In this document: positions 38,194-51,976 of the stretch, in pieces
Position numbering within the stretch: the first letter of the stretch is position 1
Layout: each line of letters starts with the position of its first letter
NCBI GenBank assembly: GCA_965216565.1
Contig: OZ244170.1
Span: forward strand, 2,752,001 to 2,816,000
DNA length: 64,000 nucleotides
From: Bythopirellula sp.
GTDB taxonomy: Bacteria; Planctomycetota; Planctomycetia; Pirellulales; Lacipirellulaceae
Reading direction: 5' to 3'
Made by a program: the position numbers and the translations under genes
Notes under the pieces: generated by a model
Databases searched by the model: none
Told to the model about the DNA's origin: nothing
What the model saw: the letters and a program-made list of their open reading frames with translations, nothing else

Positions 38194-40341
38194 CTATTCC
38201 ATGCCCAAGTTTTTCCATAGAAACGCCCAGCGATCCGCGGCGATTTCGATTTGTTTGGAGATCGGAGTGCCCGCGCCGTGGCCCGCACGGCTTTCCACCC
38301 GTAACAAAGTCGGGGCGTCGCCCGCTTGGGCGTATTGCAATTGGGCGCCAAACTTGAAGCTGTGCAACGGCACGACTCTGTCGTCCGTGTCGGCGGTCAT
38401 CACCATCGTGGCGGGGTACTTTACGCCCTCGCGTAAATTGTGATAGGGCGAATATGCGAGCAATGCTTTGAATTCGTCTGGATTCTCAGCCGAACCAAAC
38501 TCGCCCCGCCAAAAATGTCCGGCAGTGAACTGGTCGTAACGGAGCATATCCATCACACCAACTGCAGGTATACAAGCGCCAAACAAGTCGGGCCTCTGCG
38601 TCATTACGGCTCCCACGAGAAGCCCCCCGTTGCTGCCACCCATGATGGCGAGTCGTTCGCTGGAGGTGTACTTTTCTTCGATCAACCACTCGGCTGCAGC
38701 AATGAAATCGTCGAATACAGTTTGCTTTTTCAGGACCTTACCAGCTTCGTGCCACGCCTCGCCATACTCGCCTCCGCCACGCAAATTGGGAATCGCGACG
38801 ACGCCACCTTGGTCCATCCACACCGCATAAGCGACTGAGAAGCCAGGGAGCAACGGAATATTGAATCCACCGTAGCCGTACAGCAACGTCGGATTCTCGC
38901 CGTTCAGCTCGAGCCCCTTGCGGTGCGAAACAATAATCGGCACGCGCGTGCCATCTTTGCTGGTGTAGAACGCCTGCCGCGACTCGTACAGACTGGGATC
39001 GAAGTTCACCTTCGGCGTGCGGATTTGAGTGCTCTGGCCAGTATCCAAGTCGTACCGATAGATGCTGGCTGGTTGTGTGTAACTGGTGAAGGAGTAAAAC
39101 GTCTCCGAATCGCTCTGCTCGCCGCGGAACCCACTGGCCGTGCCCAACCCGGGCAGTTCAATTTCCCCCGTCTCCGTGCCATCGTAGGAAAACACCTTCA
39201 CCACCGAGACCACGTCCTGCATGTAATTGGCGACAATCTTATTCTTCAGCATCGTTGCGGAACGTAGCGTCGCCTCCACGGCGGGAACAATTTCCACCAA
39301 GTCGTCGCGGCCCGGCTTGTTCGCATCCATCACCACGATGCGCTTAGTCGGCGCAAGGTAGTCAGTAAAAAAGAAGAGCTTATCCCCTACATTGCCAAGA
39401 AATGAGAATTCGTTCTCAAAATCGTCAATCAGACGAGTCCATTCACTATCGAGCGGCGCGTCGACCGAGCGGATGAACACTTGATTCTGGTTATCTGTGT
39501 TGCGAGCAGTTGACAGGATAAAGAAGCGATTGTCCTCGGACCGTTCCAATGAAAAGTACCATTCCGGCTCTTCCTCATTGTTATAGACAAACGTATCTTG
39601 AGATTGGTCTGTCCCCAAGACGTGAAAGTAGATCATCGGGTGCGTGGTGGCCGCCAGGAATTGCTGCCCCTCTGCGGGCTGAGGATAACGGATGTAGAAA
39701 AAGCCCGAGCTCTCGGCGTTCCATACGATATTGCCCCAGCGAGTCCATTCCAAGACTTCGTCGAGCATCTCCCCAGTCTCGATCTCGATGATGCGAATCG
39801 TGGTCCAATCGGACCCCGATTCGCGGCGAAGAAACGCATAGTACCGACCGTCCTCGCTCACCTTCCCCCCACCCAGTGCAACAGTGCCATCTTCCGACCA
39901 CTCGTTTGGATTGATCAGCACACGCTCATCGCCATCGTACGCGTTGCTCCAGTAAAGGACCGATTGGTCCTGCAAGCCGTCGTTCTTGGAAAAAAAGTAC
40001 TTTCCCGCTTTTTCGTACGGCACCGAGTATCGTTCGTAGTTCCAGATTTCTGTGAAGCGTTTTTCAAACTCCTCGCGAGACTTGATGCCATCGAGATGCT
40101 GACGGGTGACTCGATTCTGGTCCTCTAGCCAAGTTGCGATTTCCGGCGAGTTGCGGGGATCGTCTTCTAGCCAGCGATAGGGATCGGGTACGTCGACGCC
40201 GTGATAGGTGTCGACATGGTCCACTCGGCGAGTTTCGGGGTACTTAAGCATGGGGTCTTTAGCAAAGCAAATGGTTGGCATCCAGAGAAGTGCCAGAATC
40301 AACAATTGAATATTCCGAGATTGCACGTCCGGGTCCCTCAC
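38194..40341 (-). CDS. Prolyl oligopeptidase (S9A), secreted
   Basis: DPYRWLED, YGYGGF, RGGGEYG, GGSNGG, DDRV and AGHG. Confidence 0.95.
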   Translation of the reverse strand: MRDPDVQSRNIQLLILALLWMPTICFAKDPMLKYPETRRVDHVDTYHGVDVPDPYRWLEDDPRNSPEIATWLEDQNRVTRQHLDGIKSREEFEKRFTEIWNYERYSVPYEKAGKYFFSKNDGLQDQSVLYWSNAYDGDERVLINPNEWSEDGTVALGGGKVSEDGRYYAFLRRESGSDWTTIRIIEIETGEMLDEVLEWTRWGNIVWNAESSGFFYIRYPQPAEGQQFLAATTHPMIYFHVLGTDQSQDTFVYNNEEEPEWYFSLERSEDNRFFILSTARNTDNQNQVFIRSVDAPLDSEWTRLIDDFENEFSFLGNVGDKLFFFTDYLAPTKRIVVMDANKPGRDDLVEIVPAVEATLRSATMLKNKIVANYMQDVVSVVKVFSYDGTETGEIELPGLGTASGFRGEQSDSETFYSFTSYTQPASIYRYDLDTGQSTQIRTPKVNFDPSLYESRQAFYTSKDGTRVPIIVSHRKGLELNGENPTLLYGYGGFNIPLLPGFSVAYAVWMDQGGVVAIPNLRGGGEYGEAWHEAGKVLKKQTVFDDFIAAAEWLIEEKYTSSERLAIMGGSNGGLLVGAVMTQRPDLFGACIPAVGVMDMLRYDQFTAGHFWRGEFGSAENPDEFKALLAYSPYHNLREGVKYPATMVMTADTDDRVVPLHSFKFGAQLQYAQAGDAPTLLRVESRAGHGAGTPISKQIEIAADRWAFLWKNLGME

Positions 40342-40467
40342 AATCCTGATGCATGAATTAGAATGTCGTCTTCGCCAAGCTTATCCCAAAAGCGGAGGCT
40401 GTTTAACCACAAATCGTGTGGTTCGCGTGAATTCCATCTCTCCAGACCCAGCAAAGAGACATTAGCC

Positions 40468-40884
40468 ATGGTCCATCAGAAAACTATCCAACTGGAAACC
40501 GCCGGCCACCGTGACATGCACGACTTGACGGCCGAGGTCGCCAGGATCGTTGCTGCTAGCGGGATCCAGGCGGGCACCGTCCAGGTCTTCAATGTCGGCA
40601 GCACGGGAGCGATCGGGCTTATCGAGTTTGAACCTGGATTGGTCGAGGACATGCCGGCGCTGCTGGACCGATTGATCCCTCCTAGCCGCGACTACGGCCA
40701 CGAACGTGCCTGGCACGATGGCAATGGGCATTCGCATTTGCAAGCGACCTGGCTAGGCAATAGCGAGAGTGTGCCAATTGCCGGTGGCAAGCTGGTACTG
40801 GGCACGTGGCAGCAGATCTTCCACCTGGAGTGCGACGTCAAACCGCGCCAGCGCGAGATTGTGGTGACGGTGGTGGGAGAATAG
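40468..40884 (+). CDS. YjbQ/UPF0047 family protein
   Basis: GST, EPGL..D, NGHSH, LGTWQQI and R.REIVV. Confidence 0.9.
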   Translation: MVHQKTIQLETAGHRDMHDLTAEVARIVAASGIQAGTVQVFNVGSTGAIGLIEFEPGLVEDMPALLDRLIPPSRDYGHERAWHDGNGHSHLQATWLGNSESVPIAGGKLVLGTWQQIFHLECDVKPRQREIVVTVVGE

Positions 40885-40901
40885 CAAATCCAGATCGCTG
40901 A

Positions 40902-40951
40902 TGCGGTAGCTCCATAGGGCGCGTTTGAACACCCAGCGACTGCCGATCAAG
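40902..40951. repeat. Exact 50-bp direct repeat, a copy of the 3' end of the ABC-2 permease gene (41903-41952)
   Basis: tgcggtagctccatagggcgcgtttgaacacccagcgactgccgatcaag occurs at both positions. Confidence 0.95.
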
Positions 40952-40982
40952 TAAGTTTCGTGTTTGTATAGCGTTACCTTCG

Positions 40983-41696
40983 CTATTGAACGGTCATCGA
41001 CATCCGATTTCGAAACTGCAAAGTTAGACAGACTACCCCTAGCAGCAACACGCTAGATGGTTCTGGGATGGATGATACTGTACCGATTGCAAGCGACCCC
41101 AAAGGTGAAAACAACATAGCACGGTTGAGATTACGTTTACCTCCAGGAATGAGTGTCGCGTTGATTTCATAGGGATGGTATGGATTGGAACTATCCACGG
41201 CATTGTCGACAATACTGCCGCCGAAGCCTAAACCTAAGTTATGCGATCGTGGAGAAAAAGTAACACTTTTTTCTGTAAACTCGTTCGAGGAAACATCCTG
41301 ATTAGTAAAGGTGAGATTCAAAAAACTCAGGAAGCCTGGGTTTAAGAGCAGTTCATTTGCCGTCGCTGTCATCGTTGCATTGATCGGTTGTTGACAGCAG
41401 TTCCCGTGAATGCTGTCAAATAGAGTGAGACTCTCCACTGTCAGCAAAGCCCCTCCATCGTTACTGGAAATCTTCGAGACTCCGGCGGGAGAAGAAAACC
41501 TCATCTCCCATCTCTCGAAGTTGAGGATTGAAATCTCTCCGATCGTTCCATCTGTGGTAATCGAACCTCCTAGGAGAGCCCAGTGAGCAGAATCTCCTGC
41601 ACGAGGCGTTACCTTGTATGTGATAGAACTGTAGGACCGTGCAGGAAACAGACTGACGATCAGTAGCGCAGATAGTAGAGTTACTTTGATATTCAT
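40983..41696 (-). CDS. PEP-CTERM-type secreted protein
   Basis: Signal peptide, GSITTDGTIG motif, C-terminal IPEPSSVLLLGVVCL..RNR. Confidence 0.8.
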   Translation of the reverse strand: MNIKVTLLSALLIVSLFPARSYSSITYKVTPRAGDSAHWALLGGSITTDGTIGEISILNFERWEMRFSSPAGVSKISSNDGGALLTVESLTLFDSIHGNCCQQPINATMTATANELLLNPGFLSFLNLTFTNQDVSSNEFTEKSVTFSPRSHNLGLGFGGSIVDNAVDSSNPYHPYEINATLIPGGKRNLNRAMLFSPLGSLAIGTVSSIPEPSSVLLLGVVCLTLQFRNRMSMTVQ

Positions 41697-41888
41697 TGTG
41701 ATAAGGGGTTGAATATATCCGCGTCATACTTGGCATAAATCTACTTCTGTTGAGCATCTTGTAGACAGAATCTATTCTTACGTCTACCGCGATTCGCCAC
41801 ACGTTCGACTGGAAGGTGCTTGCACGAAGATCAAATATCGGCCCCGGCGATCCGTAGGATCGCGGCTATTTCTACCGCTCACTGCCCA

Positions 41889-42710
41889 CTAGCTGCTAGC
41901 GCTGCGGTAGCTCCATAGGGCGCGTTTGAACACCCAGCGACTGCCGATCAAGCAGGCAATTGTCGCCACTACTGCGAATGCTGCGAGGCGGGCGAATTCT
42001 GCCGATAGGGGCTTGGCCAACGCTTGGGCTGGGACGTTGATGACCACTAGAATGGGCACGACGTAGGTGAACAGCAATTGCAAGGGAGTGCCCCACGCAC
42101 CCTTGTAGATTTCCATGGGGTAGCGGGAAAAGTTGGTGATGTAGAACCAAAAGTCGTACAGCGATTGGTTTCTGCCTAGCCAAATACTCGTGGCTGCCAG
42201 CGTGATCATCACACTGTAGAGAATTAATACGCCCAACAAAATATAGAGCGGATATAGGATAAACTGCCAAAGCGAAATCTCCAGCCCCTCGATTCTTGGC
42301 AGGGAATAGGCCAACAGCAACAGAGCCACAAAAAAGTTGCCCAGCGACGACCAGTTCACTCGACGCAGCGAGACTAAGAACTGCGTATCGATCGGTTTCA
42401 GTAGTGCAAAGTCGAGCCCTCCGGTGCGCACCAGCTCGCTCAATTCCTGTGCGTTGGGCATGAACAAGGCTTGCACCAGGCTATTCACGAACATCGTCGT
42501 GGAAATGAACACGAAAAACTCGTATTTGTCCCACCCTTCGATGTTGGGCGTGAACTGGTACACCAACGTATAGAAGCCCAGATTCATAATCATCCACGAC
42601 ATCGAAGAAATCACTTCGATAAAGAAATTTGCGCGGAACGTCATGTCGCGAATCAAACTATTCCGCGCAAACATGAGAAACACTTGCAGGTAGGAGGGAT
42701 GACTCTTCAT
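41889..42710 (-). CDS. ABC-2 family permease
   Basis: FRANF, GWDK.E, VRTG.LDF.LLKP, RYPMEIY and YRSASS end. Start placed at ATG 42710. Confidence 0.9.
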   Translation of the reverse strand: MKSHPSYLQVFLMFARNSLIRDMTFRANFFIEVISSMSWMIMNLGFYTLVYQFTPNIEGWDKYEFFVFISTTMFVNSLVQALFMPNAQELSELVRTGGLDFALLKPIDTQFLVSLRRVNWSSLGNFFVALLLLAYSLPRIEGLEISLWQFILYPLYILLGVLILYSVMITLAATSIWLGRNQSLYDFWFYITNFSRYPMEIYKGAWGTPLQLLFTYVVPILVVINVPAQALAKPLSAEFARLAAFAVVATIACLIGSRWVFKRALWSYRSASS

Positions 42711-42826
42711 AGGTGTGATGTTAGATGTTTGATTGTTGATTGAGCACTGAAGAAGCAACCTGGGATGCTACGATGACAGCAGTAATACTCACATCTGCAA
42801 TCGAACATCTCAGATCATACATTCCA

Positions 42827-43642
42827 TCATCCTCCAAACCCACTGTAACGGTGAAACCCGCGGTTCATGAGGTAGCGGCTTGTGAAGATGAAGAATATGG
42901 CCCAACTGGCTTGGATGATCAGTCCCTGCGTCAGCTCCGGGCCTTGTACCTTGCCTAAGAAGACCGCGGCCGGAAAATATGCCAGGTATTTGAATGGTAA
43001 AAAATCGACCACGGTCTTCCACGGTTCCGGCAGGATCTCCAAGGGAAACATGTGGCCGGAGAAGAAGAATGTGAACAACATATACACAAACAGTAGCGAG
43101 CTCACTTCCAAAAACCAAAAAGAGATCATGCCCATCGAGCACTCAAGGAAGAATCCCACGACGAACGCCAACACCAACGATAGCACGAACGCGGCGAACA
43201 CTTCGGAAGGGGGCCAACCGGGAAAGTAGCTGCGGCAAAGATAATAGACTAATGCAAACGGCCCCGCTGCAACGACATAATAGACCAGTTTGTGGGCGAT
43301 CCGCGCCAGTAGCAAGAAGCCGATCAAGTCGATCGGCTGGATCATGAACTTCTTGATTTCGCCCTCGCGCACCTGTCGGCCAATTCCCGAGGCCAAACCC
43401 GGCATGCTGGAAAAAGCTCGCGCCAGCATGGTTAGCAAGTAATACGCAATGACGTCGTTCTTTGTATAACCCTCGATCAAGTCCGACCCGGCAGCTGCGA
43501 ATACGGCGGTCCACAGAAAAATCTGTGTGACGATCGGCAGAAACCGCATCAATGTGCCTAGGGCGAAGTCGCCCCGATATACGAGGCGCTCTTCCAGACA
43601 GATGCGGAGGATCGTCCACCAGGTATTTACTTGGGCAAGCAT
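42827..43642 (-). CDS. ABC-2 family permease
   Basis: YRGDF, VREGEI...IQP, SG.MFPL, LPF.Y..Y.P and YSGFGG end. Confidence 0.9.
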   Translation of the reverse strand: MLAQVNTWWTILRICLEERLVYRGDFALGTLMRFLPIVTQIFLWTAVFAAAGSDLIEGYTKNDVIAYYLLTMLARAFSSMPGLASGIGRQVREGEIKKFMIQPIDLIGFLLLARIAHKLVYYVVAAGPFALVYYLCRSYFPGWPPSEVFAAFVLSLVLAFVVGFFLECSMGMISFWFLEVSSLLFVYMLFTFFFSGHMFPLEILPEPWKTVVDFLPFKYLAYFPAAVFLGKVQGPELTQGLIIQASWAIFFIFTSRYLMNRGFHRYSGFGG

Positions 43643-43680
43643 GGCGGGGAGGCTGGAGACTTGAGGGTTCTGGGCTACGG

Positions 43681-44694
43681 TTAAGGAGCGGAGGTGGCTG
43701 GAAGTTCTTCTTTTTTTTCAGCGGAGCGAGAGAACATTTCGGCGATGACTTCTTCCAAAGGGGGATCCTCGACGCTGACATCTTCGATCGTGTTATTGGC
43801 AAGCACCGAAGACAGCACGCCCGCGATACTGCCCCGATCAACGCGGAGCCGGGCCTTGGGAGCAACAATCTCTAGCACATCGCCGTATTGAGCCAGGTCG
43901 CTTGGCATTCGATCGTCGGCAAACTGCAAAGTCAGAATCTTATGTCCACTAAACGAGTCGACGATCCCATCCAAAGAACCGTCGTACATAATCTCCCCAT
44001 GAGCAATCACCACCACGCGCTGGCACAGTGCGGCGACGTCTTTCATATAATGGCTTGTCAGCAGCACCGTGATTTGCCGTTCTTCCTGATAGTGCTTCAA
44101 GAATTTCTGGATGTTATGTTGGGCCACCACATCGAGACCAATCGTGGGTTCGTCCAGAAACAGCACATCGGGAGAATGCAACAGTGCCGCGATCAGTTCC
44201 ATTTTCATCCGCTCACCCAAGGAAAGCTCGCGAACAGGTTGCCCGAGCAGATGCGTGACGTCCAGCAGTTCGCAGAGCTCGTCGCTTGTGCGGCGGAAGT
44301 CGGTGGGATCGATGCGGTAGATTTTCTGATGCAGTTGAAAGGACTCCTGCGCCGGCAAGTCCCACCACAATTGATTTTTTTGCCCCATCACCAATGCAAA
44401 CCGCCGGCGATATTCGTTTTCGCGTTTCCACGGCACATGGCCTAGCACATGAGCCTCGCCACCCGAGGGACTAATCACACCGGAAAGCAATTTGAGCGTG
44501 GTCGTTTTACCGGCACCGTTGGGTCCCAAAAAGGCGACGAACTCACCCTGTTCTACATCCAAATCGATGCCCCGTACGGCATGTACGTCGCGGTAGTCCC
44601 GCTGGAACAACCCAGTGAGCGAAGCCCGCAGGCCCTCTTTTTTTTGATAGACGCGGTACGACTTCTCAAGCCCGCGGATTTGGATGGCATTCAT
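43681..44694 (-). CDS. ABC transporter ATP-binding protein
   Basis: [24 protein letters not shown] and TSH. Confidence 0.95.
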   Translation of the reverse strand: MNAIQIRGLEKSYRVYQKKEGLRASLTGLFQRDYRDVHAVRGIDLDVEQGEFVAFLGPNGAGKTTTLKLLSGVISPSGGEAHVLGHVPWKRENEYRRRFALVMGQKNQLWWDLPAQESFQLHQKIYRIDPTDFRRTSDELCELLDVTHLLGQPVRELSLGERMKMELIAALLHSPDVLFLDEPTIGLDVVAQHNIQKFLKHYQEERQITVLLTSHYMKDVAALCQRVVVIAHGEIMYDGSLDGIVDSFSGHKILTLQFADDRMPSDLAQYGDVLEIVAPKARLRVDRGSIAGVLSSVLANNTIEDVSVEDPPLEEVIAEMFSRSAEKKEELPATSAP

Positions 44695-44858
44695 AGATAG
44701 CCGATTATAGGCTCGTCTCTGCGGTGCGGACAGTGTGGCGGGAAGAGATGGCTCGTTTTGCCGTCTCCCAGCGTTATCCCGTTAATAGACCGATAGGGAC
44801 CGATATTGAATTGTCGGGCAATAGCAGGTACCCATTCTAGGGTAGTTTTGGAAGAATG

Positions 44859-45035
44859 TAGCCACAGAGCCCACAGAGAGAAGTGAGAAGGCCTGGACTT
44901 GATGATTCGGATGCTGGTTCGTATCGGGAGCTAAGAAAAAGTAGTTTGTTATAAGACCTGGCCTCAAGAAACCTTCCCCAGCAGAGGTCTAGCAAAGACT
45001 GTTCTTCTCCGTCTTCTCTGTGATCTCTGTGGCTA
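44859..45035. repeat. MITE-like element with CACAGAG-type inverted terminal arms
   Basis: Left arm TAGCCACAGAGcccacagag; right arm ctctgtgatCTCTGTGGCTA (exact 11-bp inverted ends). Confidence 0.65.
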
Positions 45036-45104
45036 GATGAACTAAACAAGCTTCCAAGAGCAACCGACCCCTCGCCGGCAGTTTCTCAACACCGATAGTA
45101 CGAT

Positions 45105-45983
45105 ATGCCACAGAACGACAAGACACTGATGAAACGCCTCGAAAAAATCTTCCGGCCGTGGGCGATCCCGAACATTACCGGCCTCATAATCGCCGGGCAG
45201 ATCGTCCTGTACGTCGCATACAAGTTACAAGCAGCCCAGGGGGTGGGCGGCAATGTTTTTAGCAAGCTCGAACTTGATCCTAGCAAAGTGCTGGAAGGTG
45301 AAGTCTGGCGAGTCGTCACATTCTTGTTCATTCCCTTCTCGCTCGATATCATTGGCGCAATCTTCGGCTGGCTGATTTTTTATATGTTCGGCAATGGTCT
45401 GGAGAGTATCTGGGGAACGGTTCGATACAACCTTTTCTTATGGATCGGTTTCTTAGCCAACGTCGCTGCGTCCTTTCTCACGGTGATGCTACCGGCAGAG
45501 CATATTGCCAACAACGGGTTCTTCTATGCCACAGTCTTTTTGGCATTTGCCCGCATCAATCCACATTACGTGCTTCATATTTTCTTTATTCTGCCGATCC
45601 AAATCAAATGGTTAGCACTACTGATGTGGCTCGGCTATGCATTTGCCTTCATCCAAGGCGACTGGATGAATCGACTGTTAATTGTGGCCTCAGTGGCTAA
45701 CTATCTGCTCTTCTTTGGTAAGGAACATTGGCAACAAATCAAAAGCGGCCAGCGGCGACGTACCTACCAAGCTAAGACCAAAGCGGCAACCAAGAGCCTA
45801 GTGCATGAGTGCCTGGTCTGTGGACTGAATAGCGAGACGGCACCGCGGACGTTGTTCCGCTATTGCTCTAAGTGCGATGGGCAGTGCTGCTATTGCCCCG
45901 ACCATATTCACGACCACGAGCATGTTACAGGAGACGGGACGGCGTCGAGCGATACGGAACTGGCTGAATCGGGCGAGCCGTAG
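45105..45983 (+). CDS. Membrane protein (rhomboid-like N-terminus) with a C-terminal Cys/His-rich Zn-binding tail
   Basis: GEVWRVVTF, several hydrophobic segments, HECLVCG...FRYCSKC...CYCPDH..DHEH. Confidence 0.75.
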   Translation: MPQNDKTLMKRLEKIFRPWAIPNITGLIIAGQIVLYVAYKLQAAQGVGGNVFSKLELDPSKVLEGEVWRVVTFLFIPFSLDIIGAIFGWLIFYMFGNGLESIWGTVRYNLFLWIGFLANVAASFLTVMLPAEHIANNGFFYATVFLAFARINPHYVLHIFFILPIQIKWLALLMWLGYAFAFIQGDWMNRLLIVASVANYLLFFGKEHWQQIKSGQRRRTYQAKTKAATKSLVHECLVCGLNSETAPRTLFRYCSKCDGQCCYCPDHIHDHEHVTGDGTASSDTELAESGEP

Positions 45984-46034
45984 GCGACCGCGTCTTGCGG
46001 AAGTTCGTGTAGACCCTCCAGCGACGTCACTAGC

Positions 46035-46094
46035 TGTCATTCCAAGGTCTGCCGAGGAATCTGGCTAGATCCCTCGGCAGACCTCGGGATGACA
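46035..46094. repeat. Palindromic intergenic element
   Basis: TGTCATTCCAAGGTCTGCCGAGGAATCT-ggct-AGATCCCTCGGCAGACCTCGGGATGACA, a 28-bp near-perfect stem between convergent genes. Confidence 0.85.
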
Positions 46095-46143
46095 AACGAC
46101 TTCGAACTTGAGAACTACGACTTGCACACCCGCAATAGCTCGA

Positions 46144-47463
46144 CTAAGCCGCTTCTTTCGCTGCACTTCCACCGTTACCAATCAACGGCAACAACAGTTC
46201 AACAGTCTCAGTAACGGCCCCTTGCTGAGAGATCACCAACTGCTGAGCACGTTGCCCCAAGGCCTGTGCCCATTCGGGTTCTTCCAGAACACGACGCACA
46301 AACTGCTCCAGCTCGTCGGCATTCTGCACCACCTCGGCCCCATCGGCAGCCAAGAGTTGGGTAACGATGTCGCGGAAGTTTTTCGTTTTCGGCCCAAAGC
46401 AGGCCGCCACCCCGTAAGCGGCGGGCTCCAGCATGTTTTGCCCGCCACGGCTGCCAAAACTACCACCCACGAGGCCGATGGTAGCCAGGCCCCACCAGGC
46501 GCCAAGCTCGCCGACGGTGTCGACAAGGATAGCAGGAGCAGGAAGACGGAAACTGGATGGTGAGTTTACGGAGCGACGCGCATAGGCAACGCCAGAGTCT
46601 TCTAATAACTTTGCAACTTCGTCGAATCTTTCGGGATGTCGGGGCACGAGCACCAATCGCAAAGTTGGATACTCCACGGATAGCCTTTGGTAAATATCAA
46701 GGGCATAGGCCTCTTCGGGAGCTTGCGTGCTGCCTGCAAGAAAAACGATATCGTCCGCTGAGTAGCCAAACTGTTCGCGGAGCTGGGCCGTCTTCGGATT
46801 GTTGCGATCTGATTCCACACCATCGAATTTAACCGAGCCCGTAATTTGCACATTGTTCGGTGTGGCACCAAGCTGCTGAAATCGATTGGCTGTCTCGCTA
46901 TTCTGCGCTGCGATCAGGTCGATCTGCCGGAGGATTCGGGAAACGATTATGCGCAATCGCCCATAACCCCGAAAGCTATTATCGCTCAAGCGGCCGTTGA
47001 TCACCGCTACTCGTGAGCCTTGACGCTTCGCGGCACGAATCAAGTTCGGCCACAACTCCAGCTCCGCCAACACCAGCACGTCGGGTCGGACACGTCGGCA
47101 AGCAGCGGCCGTGGCCCAAGTAAAATCAAGCGGACAGTAAAAGACTGTATGAGCGGAATACTTTCTCTGTGCGAGGTCAAAGCCAGTTTTGGTGGTAGTG
47201 CTGACGACAATCTCGCAATCGGGTCGACGCTCCACAAGCTCGACTATCACTTTAGCTAGCAGGTTCACCTCACCCACGCTTACCGCATGCAGCCATACGC
47301 AGGGTCGATTCCCAGCCCGCAGCGGAACGTGCCCTAGAAACTTTTCCGCAAAGCCCTCGCGGTACTTCCCATGACGCACAGCCGACCACACAATCCAAGG
47401 CGAAGCCAGGACGATCGCTACACCATAAGCGGCGCTCAGCAGCCAAGAGAAAAGTAGAGACAC
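46144..47463 (-). CDS. waaA: 3-deoxy-D-manno-octulosonic acid (Kdo) transferase
   Basis: WLHAVSVGE, PLD, ELELWPNL, NGRLS, GSVKFD, GST...E, VPRHPER and GGQNMLEPA. Confidence 0.95.
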   Translation of the reverse strand: MSLLFSWLLSAAYGVAIVLASPWIVWSAVRHGKYREGFAEKFLGHVPLRAGNRPCVWLHAVSVGEVNLLAKVIVELVERRPDCEIVVSTTTKTGFDLAQRKYSAHTVFYCPLDFTWATAAACRRVRPDVLVLAELELWPNLIRAAKRQGSRVAVINGRLSDNSFRGYGRLRIIVSRILRQIDLIAAQNSETANRFQQLGATPNNVQITGSVKFDGVESDRNNPKTAQLREQFGYSADDIVFLAGSTQAPEEAYALDIYQRLSVEYPTLRLVLVPRHPERFDEVAKLLEDSGVAYARRSVNSPSSFRLPAPAILVDTVGELGAWWGLATIGLVGGSFGSRGGQNMLEPAAYGVAACFGPKTKNFRDIVTQLLAADGAEVVQNADELEQFVRRVLEEPEWAQALGQRAQQLVISQQGAVTETVELLLPLIGNGGSAAKEAA

Positions 47464-47569
47464 TCGGGATTCCTTTCCCTACACGGATTGATTACAGAAG
47501 GAAACGGACGTGACGGAATCGAGATTGGATCTTACTCCGAGAGCGTAGTTGCCTCCGACAAGCCAGCGA

Positions 47570-47725
47570 TCAAACCAGTTGATTGTTGTTGGATATTGTG
47601 TGAGCAATCGCACTCGATCCGTATAAAATAGCTCCTGATATGAGGAACGCTTCATTAGCACCGACCAGGCCAAACACGAGCGCAAGTATAGCTAGAGCAA
47701 AGCCAACTCTTACAGCGACATTCAT
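47570..47725 (-). CDS. Possible small membrane protein (51 aa)
   Basis: Read by hand: MNVAVRVGFALAILALVFGLVGANEAFLISGAILYGSSAIAHTISNNNQLV*. GGTGGA lies upstream; below the ORF-track size cut-off. Confidence 0.4.
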   Translation of the reverse strand: MNVAVRVGFALAILALVFGLVGANEAFLISGAILYGSSAIAHTISNNNQLV

Positions 47726-47765
47726 GTAGATCCACCATTCACGTTATTGATATCAATGTCAGCAG

Positions 47766-48062
47766 TTAGAATTGCAGCCTCTCGATATCCATAGCGGAAT
47801 GTATTACGGCCAATACATAGACTGCATTTTGCTTCTTATACTCCTAGATTATCCGATAGTGACCGTAGATCAACTCACGTACTTCACAATCCGAATACTC
47901 CTGATAGCGAAAACCCAGTTCTGGATGGTCAACTAGGATTTGAGCCTTTTGAAAGATCCCTAGAGTCACGTTTGTTGCTGCCTCAGGGCTCCGTTCTGAG
48001 AGATAATCTCCGATATCCCGCAAAAGACGTAGAGCTTCTTCAGTTCAGACTAACTTCGCCAT
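47766..48062 (-). pseudogene. RelE/ParE family toxin with two in-frame stop codons
   Basis: MAKLV*TEEALRLLRDIGDYL...HPELG...VRELIYGHYRII*EY...VLAVIHSAMD. TGA at 48045-48047 and TAG at 47844-47846. Confidence 0.85.
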
Positions 48063-48247
48063 GATTTAATTCTTCGCAACGCCTCTTCGCTGGACACTAC
48101 ACTTCCACTATCAACGTCTTTGAGGCCACTCTGAATCGCTCGCCGACAAGCCAGTTCCCTGAGAAGTTCGTCGTAGGAACTATCATCGGGCTGCTCTTTT
48201 AGAATCGAAATCATTTGTTGTTTGGCTGAATCGTAAGCAGTCGACAT
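48050..48247 (-). CDS. Putative type II antitoxin
   Basis: 65 aa, AKQ...QPDDSS.DE...I..GL.DV..G.VVS.EE....IKSW pattern; overlaps the toxin start by 13 nt. Confidence 0.75.
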   Translation of the reverse strand: MSTAYDSAKQQMISILKEQPDDSSYDELLRELACRRAIQSGLKDVDSGSVVSSEEALRRIKSWRS

Positions 48248-48283
48248 TTGAGAATATTCCTAAATCCAGAATTCGGGCTCACA

Positions 48284-51976
<3,693 letters not shown>

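Noticed and set aside
40753..40950. 65-aa ORF beginning IGSRWVFKRALWSYR
   Set aside because: It results from the 50-bp duplicated permease end running antisense into yjbQ and is not an independent gene.
47844..48047. Stop-codon recoding (Trp, Sec or Pyl) in the ParE-like frame
   Set aside because: Two different stop codons are involved and both serve as normal stops elsewhere in the window; pseudogenisation is simpler.
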